Source: Eledone cirrhosa (Eukaryota). Taken from it: a stretch of 64,000 bases of DNA. Below, one piece after another: positions 42,560-57,100 of this stretch. The stretch covers positions 17,918,001 to 17,982,000 of the forward strand of contig OZ024744.1 of the NCBI GenBank assembly GCA_964016885.1, given 5' to 3'. Position numbers and translations under genes: made by a program. Below the pieces are notes generated by a model that saw only the letters and a list, made by a program, of their open reading frames with translations, did no database searches and was not told where the DNA came from. How positions within the stretch are numbered: position 1 is the first letter of the stretch; every line of letters begins with the position of its first letter.

Positions 42560-45500
42560 CACTGTGTGTGTCTGTATGTCTGTGTCACTGTGTATGTCAC
42601 TGTGTGTTTCTGTATGTCTGTGTCACTGTGTATGTCACTGAGAGTTTCTGTATGTCTGTGTCAGTATGTATGTCGCTGTATGTTTGTGTTGTCTGTGTCA
42701 CTGTGTATGTCACTGGGTGTTTCTGTATGTCTGTGTCACTGTGTATGTCACTGTGCGTTTCTGTATGTATGTATCACTGTGTATGTCACTGTGTGTCTCT
42801 GTATGTCTGTGTCACTGTCTATGTCACTGTATCTTTGTGTATGTCTGTGTCACTGTGTATGTCAATGTGTGTTTCTGTATGTATGTGTCTCTGTGTATGT
42901 CACTGTATCTTTGTGTATGTATGTGTCAATGTGTATGTCACTGTGTGTTTGTGTATGTCTGTGTCACTGTGTATGTTACTGTGAGTTTCTGTATGTCTGT
43001 GTCACTGTGTATGTCACTGTATATTTCTGTATGTCTGTGTCAGTGTGTATGTCACTGGGTGTTTCTGTATGTCTGTGTCACACTGTATATCACTGTATCT
43101 TTGTGTAGGTCTCTGTCACCGTGTATGTCACTGTGAGTTTCTGTATGTCTGTGTCACTGTGTATGTCACAGTGTGTTTCTGTATGTATGTGTCACTGTGT
43201 ATGTCACTGTATGTCTCTGTATGTATGTGTCACTGTCTATGTCACTGTATCTTTGTGTATGTCTACGTCACTGTGTATGTCACTGTGTGTTTCTGTATGT
43301 CTGTGTCACTGTGTATGTCACTGTATGTCTCTGTATGTATGTGTCACTGTCTATGTCACTGTATCTTTGTGTATGTCTACGTCACTGTGTATGTCAATGT
43401 ATCTTTGTGTATGTCTGTGTCACTGTGTATGTCACTGTATCTTTGTGTATGTCTGTGTCACTCTATATGTCACTGTACGTTTGTGTATGTCTGTGTGACT
43501 CTGTATGTCACTGTATGTTTCTGTATGTCCGTGCCACTGTGTATGTCACTGTGTGTTTCTGTATGTCTGTGTCACTGTGTATTCACTGTATCTTTGTGTA
43601 TGTCTCTGTCACTGTGTACTTCACTGTGTGTTTCTGTATGTATGTGTCACTGTCTATGTCACTGTATGTTTCTGAATGTCTGTGTCACTGTGTATGTCAG
43701 TGTGTTTCTGTATGTCTGTGTCACGGTGTATGTCACTGTATGTTTGTGTGTGTCTGTGTCACTGTGTATGTCACTGTGTGTTTGTGTATGTCTGTGTCAC
43801 TGTATGTTTCTGTATGCCTGTGTCACTGTGTATGTCACTGTGTGATTCTGTTTGTCTGTGTCACTGTGTATGTCACTGTATGTTTCTGTATGTTTGTGTC
43901 ACTGTGTATGTCACTAAATGTTTGTGTGTGTCTGTGTCTCTGTCTATGTCACTGTGTGTTTGCGTGTGTCTGTGTCACTGTGTATGTCACTGTGTGTTTC
44001 TGTATGTCTGTGTGACTGTGTATGTCACTGTTTGTTTGTGTATGTCTGTGTCACTGTGTGTGTTTCTGTATGTCTGTGTCACTGTGCATGTCATTGTATC
44101 TTTGTGTATGTCTGTGTCACTGTGTATGTCACTGTATCTTTGTGTATGTCTATGTCACTCTGTATGTCACTGAGTGTTTCTGCTTGTCTGTGTCACTGTG
44201 TATGTCATTGTGTGTTTCTGTATGTCTGTGTCACTGTGTATGTCACTGTATGTTTCTGTATGTCTGTTTCACTGTGTATGTCACTGTGTGTTTCTGTATG
44301 TCTCTGTCACTCTGTATGTCACTGTATATTTCTGTATGTCTGTGTCACTGTGTATGTCACTGTATCTTTGTGTATGTATGTGTCCCTGTGTATGTCACTG
44401 TATGTTTCTGTATGTCTGTGTCACTGTCTATCTCACTGTGTGTTTCTGTATGTATGTGTCACTGTGTATGTCACTGTATGTGTGTGTATGTCTGTGTCAC
44501 GGTGTATGTCACTGTATCTTTGTGTATGCCTGTGTCACTGTGTATGTCACTGTGTGTTTCTGTATGTCTGTGTCACTGTGTATGTCAATGTCTCTGTGTG
44601 TTTCTGTATGTCTGTGTCTCTGTGTATGTCACTGTATCTTTGTGTATGTATGTGTCACTGTGTATGTCACTGTGTGTTTCTGTATGTCAGTGTCACTGTG
44701 TATGTCACTGTGTGTTTCTGTATGTCTGTGTCACTGTATATGTCACTGTATGTTTTTGTATGTCTGTGTCACTGTGTATGTCACTGTGTGTTTCTGTATG
44801 TCTGTGTCACTGTGTATGTCACTGTGTGTTTCTATATGTCTGTGTCTCTGTGTATGTCACTGAGTGTTTCTGTATGTCTGTGTCACTATGTATGTCGCTG
44901 TATGTTTGTGTTGTCTGTGTCACTGTGTATGTCACTGGGTGTTTCTGTATGTCTGTGTCACTGTGTATGTCACTGTGCGTTTCTGTATGTATGTATCACT
45001 GTGTATGTCACTGTGTGTTTCTGTATTCTGTGTCACTGTCTATGTCACTGTATCTTTGTGTATGTCTGTGTCACTGTGTATGTCAATGTGTGTTTCTGTA
45101 TGTATGTGTCTCTGTGTATGTCACTGTATCTTTGTGTATGTATGTGTCACTGTGTATGTCACTGTGTGTTTCTGTATGTCTGTGTCACTGTGTATGTCAA
45201 TGTGTGTTTCTGTATATCTGTGTCTCAGTGTATGTCACTGTATCTTTGTGTATATCTGTGTCACTGTGTATGTCACTGTATCTTTGTGTATGTCTGTGTC
45301 ACTCTGTATGTCACTGTGTGTTTCTGCATGTCTGTGTGACTGTGTATGTCACTGTATGTTTCTGTATGTCTGTGTCACTGTGTATGTCACTGTGTGTTTC
45401 TGTATATCTGTGTCACTGTGTACGTCACTGTGTGTTTATGTATGTATGTGTCACTGTCTATGTCACTGTATGTTTCTGAATGTCTGTGTCATTGTGTATG

Positions 45501-48500
45501 ACACTGTGTGTTTCTGTATGTCTGTGTCACGGTGTATGTCACTGTATGTTTGTGTGTGTCTGTGTCACTGTGTATGTCACTGTGTGTTTGTGTATGTCTG
45601 TGTCACTGCATGTTTCTGTATGTCTGTGTCACTTTGTATGTCACTGTGTGTTTCTGTATGTCTGTGTCACCGTGTATGTCACTGTATCATTGTGTATGCC
45701 TGTGTCACTGTGTATGTCACTGTGTGATTCTGTATGTCTGTGTCACTGTGTATGTCACTGTGTGTTTCTGTATGTCTGTGTCACCGTGTATGTCACTGTA
45801 TCATTGTGTATGCCTGTGTCACTGTGTATGTCACTGTGTGATTCTGTATGTCTGTGTCACTGTGTATATCACTGTGTGTTTCTGTATGTCTGTGTCACGG
45901 TGTATGTAACTGTATGTTTGTGTGTGTCTGTGTCTCTGTCTATGTCACTGTGTGTTTGCGTGTGTCTGTGTCACTGTGTATGTCAGTGTGTGTTTCTGTA
46001 TGTCTGTGTCACTGTGTATGTCACTGTTTGTTTGTGTATGTCTGTGTCACTGTGTGTGTTTCTGTATGTCTGTGTCACTGTGCATGTCATTGTATCTTTG
46101 TGTATGTCTGTGTCACTGTGTATGTCACTGTATCTTTGTGTATGTCTGTGTCACTCTGTATGTTACTGTGTGTTTCTGCATGTCTGTGTCACTGTGTATG
46201 TCATTGTGTGTTTCTGTATGTCTGTGTCACTGTGTATGTCACTGTATGTTTCTGTATGTCTGTTTCACTGTGTGTGTCACTGTGTGTTTCTGTATGTCTC
46301 TGTCACTCTGTATGTCACTGTATATTTCTTATGTCTGTGTCACTGTGTATGTCACTGTATGTTTCTGTATGTCTGTGTCACCGTGTATGTCACTGTATGT
46401 TTCTGTATGTCTGTGTCACTGTGTATGTCACTGTATGTTTCTGTATGTCTGTTTCACTGTGTATGTCACTGTATGTTTCTGTATGTCTGTGTCACTGTGT
46501 ATGTCACTGTATCTTTGTGTATGTATGTGTCCCTGTGTATGTCACTGTATGTTTCTGTATGTCTGTGTCACTGTGTATATCACTGTGCGTTTCTGTATGT
46601 CCGTGTCACTATGTATGTCACTGTGTGTTTCTGTATGTATGTGTCACTGTGTATGTCACTGTATGTGTGTGTATGTCTGTGTCACGGTGTATGTCACTGT
46701 ATCTTTGTGTATGCCTGTGTCACTGTGTATGTCACTGTGTATGTCACTGTCTCTGTGTGTTTCTGTATGTCTGTGTCTCTGTGTATGTCACTGTATCTTT
46801 GTGTATGTATGTGTCTCTGTGTATGTCACTGTGTGTTTCTGTATGTCTGTGTCACTGTGTATGTCACTGTGTTTCTGCATGTCTGTGTCACTGTGTATGT
46901 CAATGTGTGTTTCTGTATGTCTGTGCCACTGTACATGTCACTGTGTGTTTCTGTATGTCTGTGTCACTGTGTATGTCACTGTGTGTTTCTGTATGTCTGT
47001 GTCACTGTGTATGTCACTGAGAGTTTCTGTATGTCTGTGTCAGTATGTATGTCGCTGTATGTTTGTGTTGTCTGTGTCACTGTGTATGTCACTGGGTGTT
47101 TCTGTATGTCTGTGTCACTGTGTATGTCACTGTGCGTTTCTGTATGTATGTATCACTGTGTATGTCACTGTGTGTCTCTGTATGTCTGTGTCACTGTCTA
47201 TGTCACTGTATCTTTGTGTATGTCTGTGTCACTGTGTATGTCAATGTGTGTTTCTGTATGTATGTGTCTCTGTGTATGTCACTGTATCTTTGTGTATGTA
47301 TGTGTCAATGTGTATGTCACTGTGTGTTTGTGTATGTCTGTGTCAGTGTGTATGTTACTGTGAGTTTCTGTATGTCTGTGTCACTGTGTATGTCACTGTA
47401 TATTTCTGTATGTCTGGGTCAGTGTGTATGTCACTGGGTGTTTCTGTATGTCTGTGTCACACTGTATATCACTGTATCTTTGTGTAGGTCTCTGTCACCG
47501 TGTATGTCACTGTGAATTTCTGTATGTCTGTGTCACTGTGTATGTCACAGTGTGTTTCTGTATGTATGTGTCACTGTGTATGTCACTGTATGTCTCTGTA
47601 TGTATGTGTCACTGTCTATGTCACTGTATCTTTGTGTATGTCTACGTCACTGTGTATGTCACTGTGTGTTTCTGTATGTCTGTGTCACTGTGTATGTCAC
47701 TGTATGTCTCTGTATGTATGTGTCACTGTCTATGTCACTGTATCTTTGTGTATGTCTACGTCACTGTGTATGTCAATGTATCTTTGTGTATGTCTGTGTC
47801 ACTGTGTATGTCACTGTATCTTTGTGTATGTCTGTGTCACTCTATATGTCACTGTACGTTTGTGTATGTCTGTGTGACTCTGTATGTCACTGTATGTTTC
47901 TGTATGTCCGTGTCACTGTGTATGTCACTGTGTGTTTCTGTATGTCTGTGTCACTGTGTATTCACTGTATCTTTGTGTATGTCTCTGTCACTGTGTACTT
48001 CACTGTGTGTTTCTGTATGTATGTGTCACTGTCTATGTCACTGTATGTTTCTGAATGTCTGTGTCACGGTGTATGTCACTGTATGTTTGTGTGTGTCTGT
48101 GTCACTGTGTATGTCACTGTGTGTTTGTGTATGTCTGTGTCACTGTATGTTTCTGTATGCCTGTGTCACTGTGTATGTCACTGTGTGTTTCTGTTTGTCT
48201 GTGTCACTGTGTATGTCACTGTATGTTTCTGTATGTTTGTGTCACTGTGTATGTCACTAAATGTTTGTGTGTGTATGTGTCTCTGTCTATGTCACTGTGT
48301 GTTTGCGTGTGTCTGTGTCACTGTGTATGTCACTGTGTGTTTCTGTATGTCTGTGTGACTGTGTATGTCACTGTATGTTTCTGTATGTCTGTTTCACTGT
48401 GTATGTCACTGTGTGTTTCTGTATGTCTCTGTCACTCTGTATGTCACTGTATATTTCTGTATGTCTGTGTCACTCTGTATGTCACAGTATCTTTGTGTAT

Positions 48501-51150
48501 GTATGTGTCCCTGTGTATGTCACTGTATGTTTCTGTATGTCTGTGTCACTGTCTATCTCACTGTGTGTTTCTGAATGTCTGTGTCACTGTGTATGTCACT
48601 GTGCGTTTCTGTATGTCTGTCTCACGGTGCATGTCACTGTATGTTTGTGTGTGTCTGTGTCACTGTGTATGTCACTGTGTGTTTGTGTATGTCTGTGTCA
48701 CTGTATGTTTCTGTATGTCTGTGTCACTGTGTATGTCACTGTGTGTTTCTGTATGTATGTGTCACTGTGTATGTCACTGTATGTGTGTGTATGTCTGTGT
48801 CACGGTGTATGTCACTGTATCTTTGTGTATGCCTGTGTCACTGTGTATGTCACTGTGTGTCTGTGTCACTGTGTATGTCAATGTCTCTGTGTGTTTCTGT
48901 ATATCTGTGTCTCTGTGTATGTCACTGTATCTTTGTGTATGTATGTGTCACTGTGTATGTCACTGTGTGTTTCTGTATGTTTGTGTCACTGTGTGTGTCA
49001 CTGTGTGTTTCTGCATGTCAGTGTCACTGTGTATGTCACTGTGTGTTTCTGTATGTCTGTGTCACTGTATATGTCACTGTATGTATTTGTATGTCTGTGT
49101 CACTGTGTATGTCACTGTGTGTTTCTGTATGTCTGTGTCACTGTGTATGTCACTGTGTGTTTCTATATGTCTGTGTCTCTGTGTATGTCACTGAGTGTTT
49201 CTGTATGTCTGTGTCACTATGTATGTCGCTGTATGTTTGTGTTGTCTGTGTCACTGTGTATGTCACTGGGTGTTTCTGTATGTATGTATCACTGTGTATG
49301 TCACTGTGTGTTTCTGTATTCTGTGTCACTGTCTATGTCACTGTATCTTTGTGTATGTCTGTGTCACTGTGTATGTCAATGTGTGTTTCTGTATGTATGT
49401 GTCTCTGTGTATGTCACTGTATCTTTGTGTATGTATGTGTCACTGTGTATGTCAGTGTGTGTTTCTGTATGTCTGTGTCACTGTGTATGTCACTGTGTGT
49501 TTCTGTATATCTGTGTCTCTGTGTATGTCACTGTATCTTTGTGTATATCTGTGTCACTGTGTATGTCACTGTATCTTTGTGTATGTCTGTGTCACTCTGT
49601 ATGTCACTGTGTGTTTCTGCATGTCTGTGTGACTGTGTATGTCACTGTATGTTTCTGTATGTCTGTGTCACTGTGTATGTCACTGTGTGTTTCTGTATGT
49701 CTGTGTCACTGTGTACGTCACTGTGTGTTTATGTATGTATGTGTCACTGTCTATGTCACTGTATGTTTCTGAATGTCTGTGTCATTGTGTATGTCACTGT
49801 GTGTTTCTGTATGTCTGTGTCACGGTGTATGTCACTGTATGTTTGTGTGTGTCTGTGTCACTGTGTATGTCACTGTGTGTTTGTGTATGTCTGTGTCACT
49901 GTATGTTTCTGTATGTCTGTGTCACTTTGTATGTCACTGTGTGTTTCTGTATGTCTGTGTCACCGTGTATGTCACTGTATCATTGTGTATGCCTGTGTCA
50001 CTGTGTATGTCACTGTGTGATTCTGTATGTCTGTGTCACTGTGTATGTCACTGTGTGTTTCTGTATGTCTGTGTCACCGTGTATGTCACTGTATCATTGT
50101 GTATGCCTGTGTCACTGTGTATGTCACTGTGTGATTCTGTATGTCTGTGTCACTGTGTATATCACTGTGTGTTTCTGCATGTCTGTGTCACGGTGTATGT
50201 CACTGTATGTTTGTGTGTGTCTGTGTCTCTGTCTATGTCACTGTGTGTTTGCGTGTGTCTGTGTCACTGTGTATGTCAGTGTGTGTTTCTGTATGTCTGT
50301 GTGACTGTGTATGTCACTGTTTGTTTGTGTATGTCTGTGTCACTGTGTGTGTTTCTGTATGTCTGTGTCACTGTGCATGTCATTGTATCTTTGTGTATGT
50401 CTGTGTCACTGTGTATGTCACTGTATCTTTGTGTATGTCTGTGTCACTCTGTATGTCACTGTGTGTTTCTGCATGTCTGTGTCACTGTGTATGTCATTGT
50501 GTGTTTCTGTATGTCTGTGTCACTGTGTATGTCACTGTATGTTTCTGTATGTCTGTTTCACTGTGTATGTCACTGTGTGTTTCTGTATGTCTCTGTCACT
50601 CTGTATGTCACTGTATATTTCTTATGTCTGTGTCACTGTGTATGTCACTGTATGTTTCTGTATGTCTGTGTCACCGTGTATGTCACTGTATGTTTCTGTA
50701 TGTCTATGTCACTGTGTATGTCACTGTATGTTTCTGTATGTCTGTTTCACTGTGTATGTCACTGTATGTTTCTGTATGTCTGTGTCACTGTGTATGTCAC
50801 TGTATCTTTGTGTATGTATGTGTCCATGTGTATGTCACTGTATGTTTCTGTATGTCTGTGTCACTGTGTATATCACTGTATGTTTCTGTATGACTGTGTA
50901 ACTGTCTATCTCACTGTGTGTTTCTGAACGTCTGCGTCACTGTGTATGTCACTGTGCGTTTCTGTATGTCCGTGTCACTATGTATGTCACTGTGTGTTTC
51001 TGTATGTATGTGTCACTGTGTATGTCACTGTATGTGTGTGTATGTCTGTGTCACGGTGTATGTCACTGTATCTTTGTGTATGCCTGTGTCACTGTGTATG
51101 TCACTGTGTATGTCACTGTCTCTGTGTGTTTCTGTATGTCTGTGTCTCTG
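42560..51150. repeat. Two diverged tandem copies of a ~4.3-kb higher-order unit (subfamily B)
   Basis: Offsets 42666/47045, 43045/47424 and 43676/48055 = 4379, 44864/49195 = 4331, 45480/49773 = 4293. Shared diagnostic variants gtgtattcac, gtgtacttcac, ctgtttgtct, gtatcattg, cactttg and atttcttatg. Confidence 0.88.
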
Positions 51151-54100
51151 TGTATGTCACTGTATCTTTGTGTATGTATGTGTCCCTGTGTATGTCACTA
51201 AATGTTTCTGTATATCTGTGTCACTGTGTATGTCACTGTGTGTTTCTGTATGTCTGTGTCCCTGTGTATGTCACTGTATCTTTGTGTATGTCTGTGTCAC
51301 CGTGTATGTCACTGTATGTTTCTGTATGTCTGTGTCACTGTGTATGTCACTGTATGTTTCTGTATGTATGTATCACTGTGTATGTCACTGTATGTTTCTG
51401 TATGTCTGTGTCACTGTGTATATCACTGTATGTTTCTGTATGTCTGTGTCACTGTCTATCCCACTGTATGTTTCTGAATGTCTGTGTCACTGTGTATGTC
51501 ACTGTGTGTTTCTGTATGTCTGTGTCACGGTGTAAGTCATTGTATCTTTGTATATGTCTGTGGCACTCTGTATGTCATTGTGTGTTTCTGTATGTCTGTG
51601 TGACTGTCTATGTCACTGTATATTTGTGTATGTCTGTGACACTGTGTATGTCAATGTGTGTTTCTGTATGTATGTGTCTCTGTGTATGTCACTGTATCTT
51701 TGTGTATGTATGTGTCACTGTGTATGTCACTGTGTGTTTGTGTATGACTGTGTCACTGTGTATGTTACTGTGAGTTTCTGTATGTCTGTGTCACGCTGTA
51801 TGTCACTGTATCTTTGTGTAGGTCTGTGTCAGCGTGTATGTCACTGTATCTTTATGTATGTCTGTGTCACTGTTTATGTCACTGTGAGTTTCTGTATGTA
51901 TGTGTCACTGTGTATGTCACTGTGAGTTTCTGTATGTCTGTGTCACTGTGTATGTCACAGTGTGTTTCTGTATGTATGTGTCACTGTGTATGTCACTGTA
52001 TGTCTCTGTATGTATGTGTCACTGTCTATGTCACTGTATCTTTGTGTATGTCTACGTCACTGTGTATGTCACTGTGTGTTTCTGTATGTCTGTGTCTCTG
52101 TGTATGTCACTGTATCTTTGTGTATGTCTGTGTCACTGTGTATGTCACTGTGTGTTTATGTATGTCTGTGTCACTGTGTATGTCACTGTGTGTTTCTGTA
52201 TATCTGTGTCTCTGTGTATGTCACTGTATCTTTGTGTATGTCTGTGTCACTGTGTATGTCACTGTATCTTTGTGTATGTTTGTGTCACGGTGTATATCAC
52301 TGTATGTGTGTGTATGTCTGTGTCACTCTATATGTCACTGTACGTTTGTGTATGTCTGTGTGACTGTGTATGTCACTGTATGTTTCTGTATGTCTGTGTC
52401 ACGGTGTATGTCACTGTGTGTTTCTGTATGTCTGTGTCACTGTGTATGTCACTGTATCTTTGTATATGTCTGTGTCACTGTGTACGTCACTGTGTGTTTC
52501 TGTATGTATGTGTCACTGTCTCTGTCACTGTATGTTTCTGAATGTCTGTGTCACTGTGTATGTCACTGTGTGTTTCTGTATGTCTGTGTCACGGTGTATG
52601 TCACTGTATGTTTGTGTGTGTCTGTGTCACTGTGTGTTTGTGTATGTCTGTGTCACTGTATGTTTCTGTATGTCTGTGTCACTGTGTATGTCACTGTGTG
52701 TTTCTGTATGTCTGTGTCACCGTGTATGTCACTGTATCTTTGTGTATGCCTGTGACACTGTGTATGTCACTGTGTGATTCTGTATGTCTGTGTCACTGTG
52801 TATGTCACTGTGTGTTTCTGTATGTTTGTGTCACTGTGTATGTCACTAAATGTTTGTGTGTGTCTGTGTCTCTGTCTATGTCACTGTGTGTTTGCGTGTG
52901 TCTGTGTCACTGTGTATGTCACTGTTTGTTTGTGTATGTCTGTGTCACTGTGTGTGTTTCTGTATGTCTGTGTCACTGTGCATGTCATTGTATCTTCGTG
53001 TATGTCTGTGTCACTGTGTAATGTCACTGTATCTTTGTGTATGTCTGTGTCACTCTGTATGTCACTGTGTGTTTCTGCATGTCTGTGTTACTGTGTATGT
53101 CACTGTGTGTTTCTGTATGACTCTGTCACTCTGTATGTCACTGTATATTTCTGTATGTCTGTGTCACTGTGTATGTCACTGTACGTTTCTGTATGTCTGT
53201 GTCACTGTGTATGTCACTGTATTTTTCTGTATGTCTGTGTCAATGTGTATGTCACTGTATCTTTGTGTATGTATGTGTCCCTGTGTATGTCACTAAATGT
53301 TTCTGTATATCTGTGTCACTGTGTATGTCACTGTGTGTTTCTGTATGTCTGTGTCCCTGTGTATGTCACTGTATCTTTGTGTATGTCTGTGTCACCGTGT
53401 ATGTCACTGTATGTTTCTGTATGTCTGTGTCACTGTGTATGTCACTGTATGTTTCTGTATGTATGTATCACTGTGTATGTCACTGTATGTTTCTGTATGT
53501 CTGTGTCACTGTGTATATCACTGTATGTTTCTGTATGTCTGTGTCACTGTCTATCCCACTGTATGTTTCTGAATGTCTGTGTCACTGTGTATGTCACTGT
53601 GTGTTTCTGTATGTCTGTGTCACTGTGTAAGTCATTGTATCTTTGTGTATGTCTGTGGCACTCTGTATGTCATTGTGTGTTTCTGTATGTCTGTGTGACT
53701 GTCTATGTCACTGTATATTTGTGTATGTCTGTGACACTGTGTATGTCAATGTGTGTTTCTGTATGTATGTGTCTCTGTGTATGTCACTGTATATTTGTGT
53801 ATGTATGTGTCACTGTGTATGTCACTGTGTGTTTGTGTATGACTGTGTCACTGTGTATGTTACTGTGAGTTTCTGTATGTCTGTGTCACGCTGTATGTCA
53901 CTGTATCTTTGTGTAGGTCTGTGTCAGCGTGTATGTCACTGTATCTTTATGTATGTCTGTGTCACTGTTTATGTCACTGTGAGTTTCTGTATGTATGTGT
54001 CACTGTGTATGTCACTGTGAGTTTCTGTATGTCTGTGTCACTGTGTATGTCACAGTGTGTTTCTGTATGTATGTGTCACTGTGTATGTCACTGTATGTCT

Positions 54101-57100
54101 CTGTATGTATGTGTCACTGTCTATGTCACTGTATCTTTGTGTATGTCTACGTCACTGTGTATGTCACTGTGTGTTTCTGTATGTCTGTGTCTCTGTGTAT
54201 GTCACTGTATCTTTGTGTATGTCTGTGTCACTGTGTATGTCACTGTGTGTTTCTGTATGTCTGTGTCACTGTGTATGTCACTGTGTGTTTCTGTATATCT
54301 GTGTCTCTGTGTATGTCACTGTATCTTTGTGTATGTCTGTGTCACTGTGTATGTCACTGTATCTTTGTGTATGTTTGTGTCACGGTGTATATCACTGTAT
54401 GTTTGTGTATGTCTGTGTCACTCTATATGTCACTGTACGTTTGTGTATGTCTGTGTGACTGTGTATGTCACTGTATGTTTCTGTATGTCTGTGTCAAGGT
54501 GTATGTCACTGTGTGTTTCTGCATGTCTGTGTCACTGTGTATGTCACTGTATCTTTGTATATGTCTGTGTCACTGTGTACGTCACTGTGTGTTTCTGTAT
54601 GTATGTGTCACTGTCTCTGTCACTGTATGTTTCTGAATGTCTGTGTCACTGTGTATGTCACTGTGTGTTTCTGTATGTCTGTGTCACGGTGTATGTCACT
54701 GTATGTTTGTGTGTGTCTGTGTCACTGTGTATGTCACTGTGTGTTTCTGTATGTCTGTGTCACCGTGTATGTCACTGTATCTTGTGTATGCCTGTGTCAC
54801 TGTGTATGTCACTGTGTGATTATGTATGTCTGTGTCACTGTGTATGTCACTGTGTGTTTCTGTATGTTTGTGTCACTGTGTATGTCACTAAATGTTTGTG
54901 TGTGTCTGTGTCTCTGTCTATGTCACTGTGTGTTTGCGTGTGTCTGTGTCACTGTGTATGTTACTGTTTGTTTGTGTATGTCTTTGTCACTGTGTGTGTT
55001 TCTGTATGTCTGTGTCACTGTGCATGTCATTGTATCTTCGTGTATGTCTGTGTCACTGTGTATGTCACTGTATCTTTGTGTATGTCTGTGTCACTCTGTA
55101 TGTCACTGTGTGTTTCTGCATGTCTGTGTTACTGTGTATGTCATTGTGTGTTTCTGTATGTCTGTGTCACTGTGTATGTCACTGTATGTTTCTGTATGTC
55201 TGTTTCACAAGTGTATGTCACTGTGTGTTTCTGTATGTCTCTGTCACTCTGTATGTCACTGTATATTTCTGTATGTCTGTGTCACTGTGTATGTCACTGT
55301 ATGTTTCTGTATGTCTGTGTCACTGTGTATGTCACTTATTTTTATGTATGTCTGTGTCACAGTGTATGTCACTGTATCTTTGTGTATGTATGTGTCCCTG
55401 TGTATGTCACTGTATGTTTCTGTATGTCTGTGTCATTGTGTATGTCACTGTGTGTTTCTGTATATCTGTGTCACTGTGTATGTCAATGTATCTTTGTGTA
55501 TGTCTGTGTCACCGTGTATGTCACTGTATGTTTCTGTATGTCTGTGTCACTGTGTATGTCACTGTATGTTTCTGTATGTCTGTGTCACTGTGTATGTCAC
55601 TGTATGTTTCTGTATGTCTGTGTCACTGTATATGTCACTGTATCTTCGTGTATGTATGTGTCCCTGTGTATGTCACTGTATGTTTCTGTATGTCTGTGTC
55701 ACTGTGTATATCACTGTATGTTTATGTATGTCTGTGTCACTGTCTATCTCACTGTATGTTTCTGAATGTCTGTGTCACTGTGTATGTCACTGTGCGTTTC
55801 TGTATGTCTGTGTCACGGTGTGTGTCACTGTATGTTTGTGTGTGCATGTGTCACTGGGTATGTCACTGTGTGTTTGTGTATGTCTGTGTCACTGTGTATG
55901 TCACTGCCTGTTTCTGTATGTCTGTGTCACTGTGTAAGTCATTGTATCTTTGTGTATGTCTGTGGCACTCTGTATGTAATTGTGTGTTTCTGTATGTCTG
56001 TGTGACTGTCTATGTCACTGTATATTTGTGTATGTCTGTGTCACTGTGTATGTCAATGTGTGTTTATGTATGTCAGTGTCACTGTGCATGTCACTGTGTG
56101 TTTCTGTATGTCTGTGGCACTGTATATGTCACTGTATGTTTGTGTATGTCTGTGTCACTGTGTATGTCACTGTGTGTTTCTGTATGTCTGGGTTAGTGTG
56201 TATGTCACTGTGTGTTTCCGTATGTCTGTGTCACTGTGTATGTCACTGAGTCTTTCTGTATGTCTGTGTCACTGTGTAAGTCACTGTATCTTTGTGTATG
56301 CCTGTGTCACTGTGTATGTCAATGTGTGTTTCTGTATGTATGTGTCTCTGTGTATGTCACTGTATCTTTGTGTATGTATGTGTCACTGTGTATGTCACTG
56401 TGTGTTTGTGTATGTCTGTGTCACTGCGTATATTACTGTATGTTTCTGTATGTCTGTGTCACTGTGTATGTCACTGTATATTTCTATATGTCTGTGTCAG
56501 TGTGTATGTCACTGGGTGTTTCTGTATGTCTGTGTCAAACTGTATATCACTGTATCTTTGTGTAGGTCTGTGTCACCGTGTATGTCACTGTATCTTTATG
56601 TATGTCTGTGTCACTGTGTATGTCACTGTGTTTCTGTATGTCTGTGTCACTGTGTATGTCACTGTGTGTTTCTGTATATCTGTGTCTCTGTGTATGTCAC
56701 TGTATCTTTGTGTATGTCTGTGTCACTGTGTATGTCACTGTATCTTTGTGTATGTCTGTGTCACGGTGTATATCACTGTATGTTTGTGAATGTCTGTGTC
56801 ACTCTATATGTCACTGTACGTTTGTGTATGTCTGTGTGACTGTGTATGTCACTGTATGTTTCTGTATGTCTGTGTCACTGTGTATGTCACTGTGTATGTC
56901 ACTGTGTGTTTGTGTATGTCTGTGTCACTGTATGTTTCTGTATGCCTGTGTCACTGTGTATGTCACTGCGTGTTTCTGTATGTCTGTGTCACCGTGTATG
57001 CCACTGCATCTTTGTGTATGCCTGTGTCACTGTATATGTCACTGCGTGATTGTGTATGTCTGTGTCACTGTGTATGTCACTGTGTGTTTCTGTATGTTTG

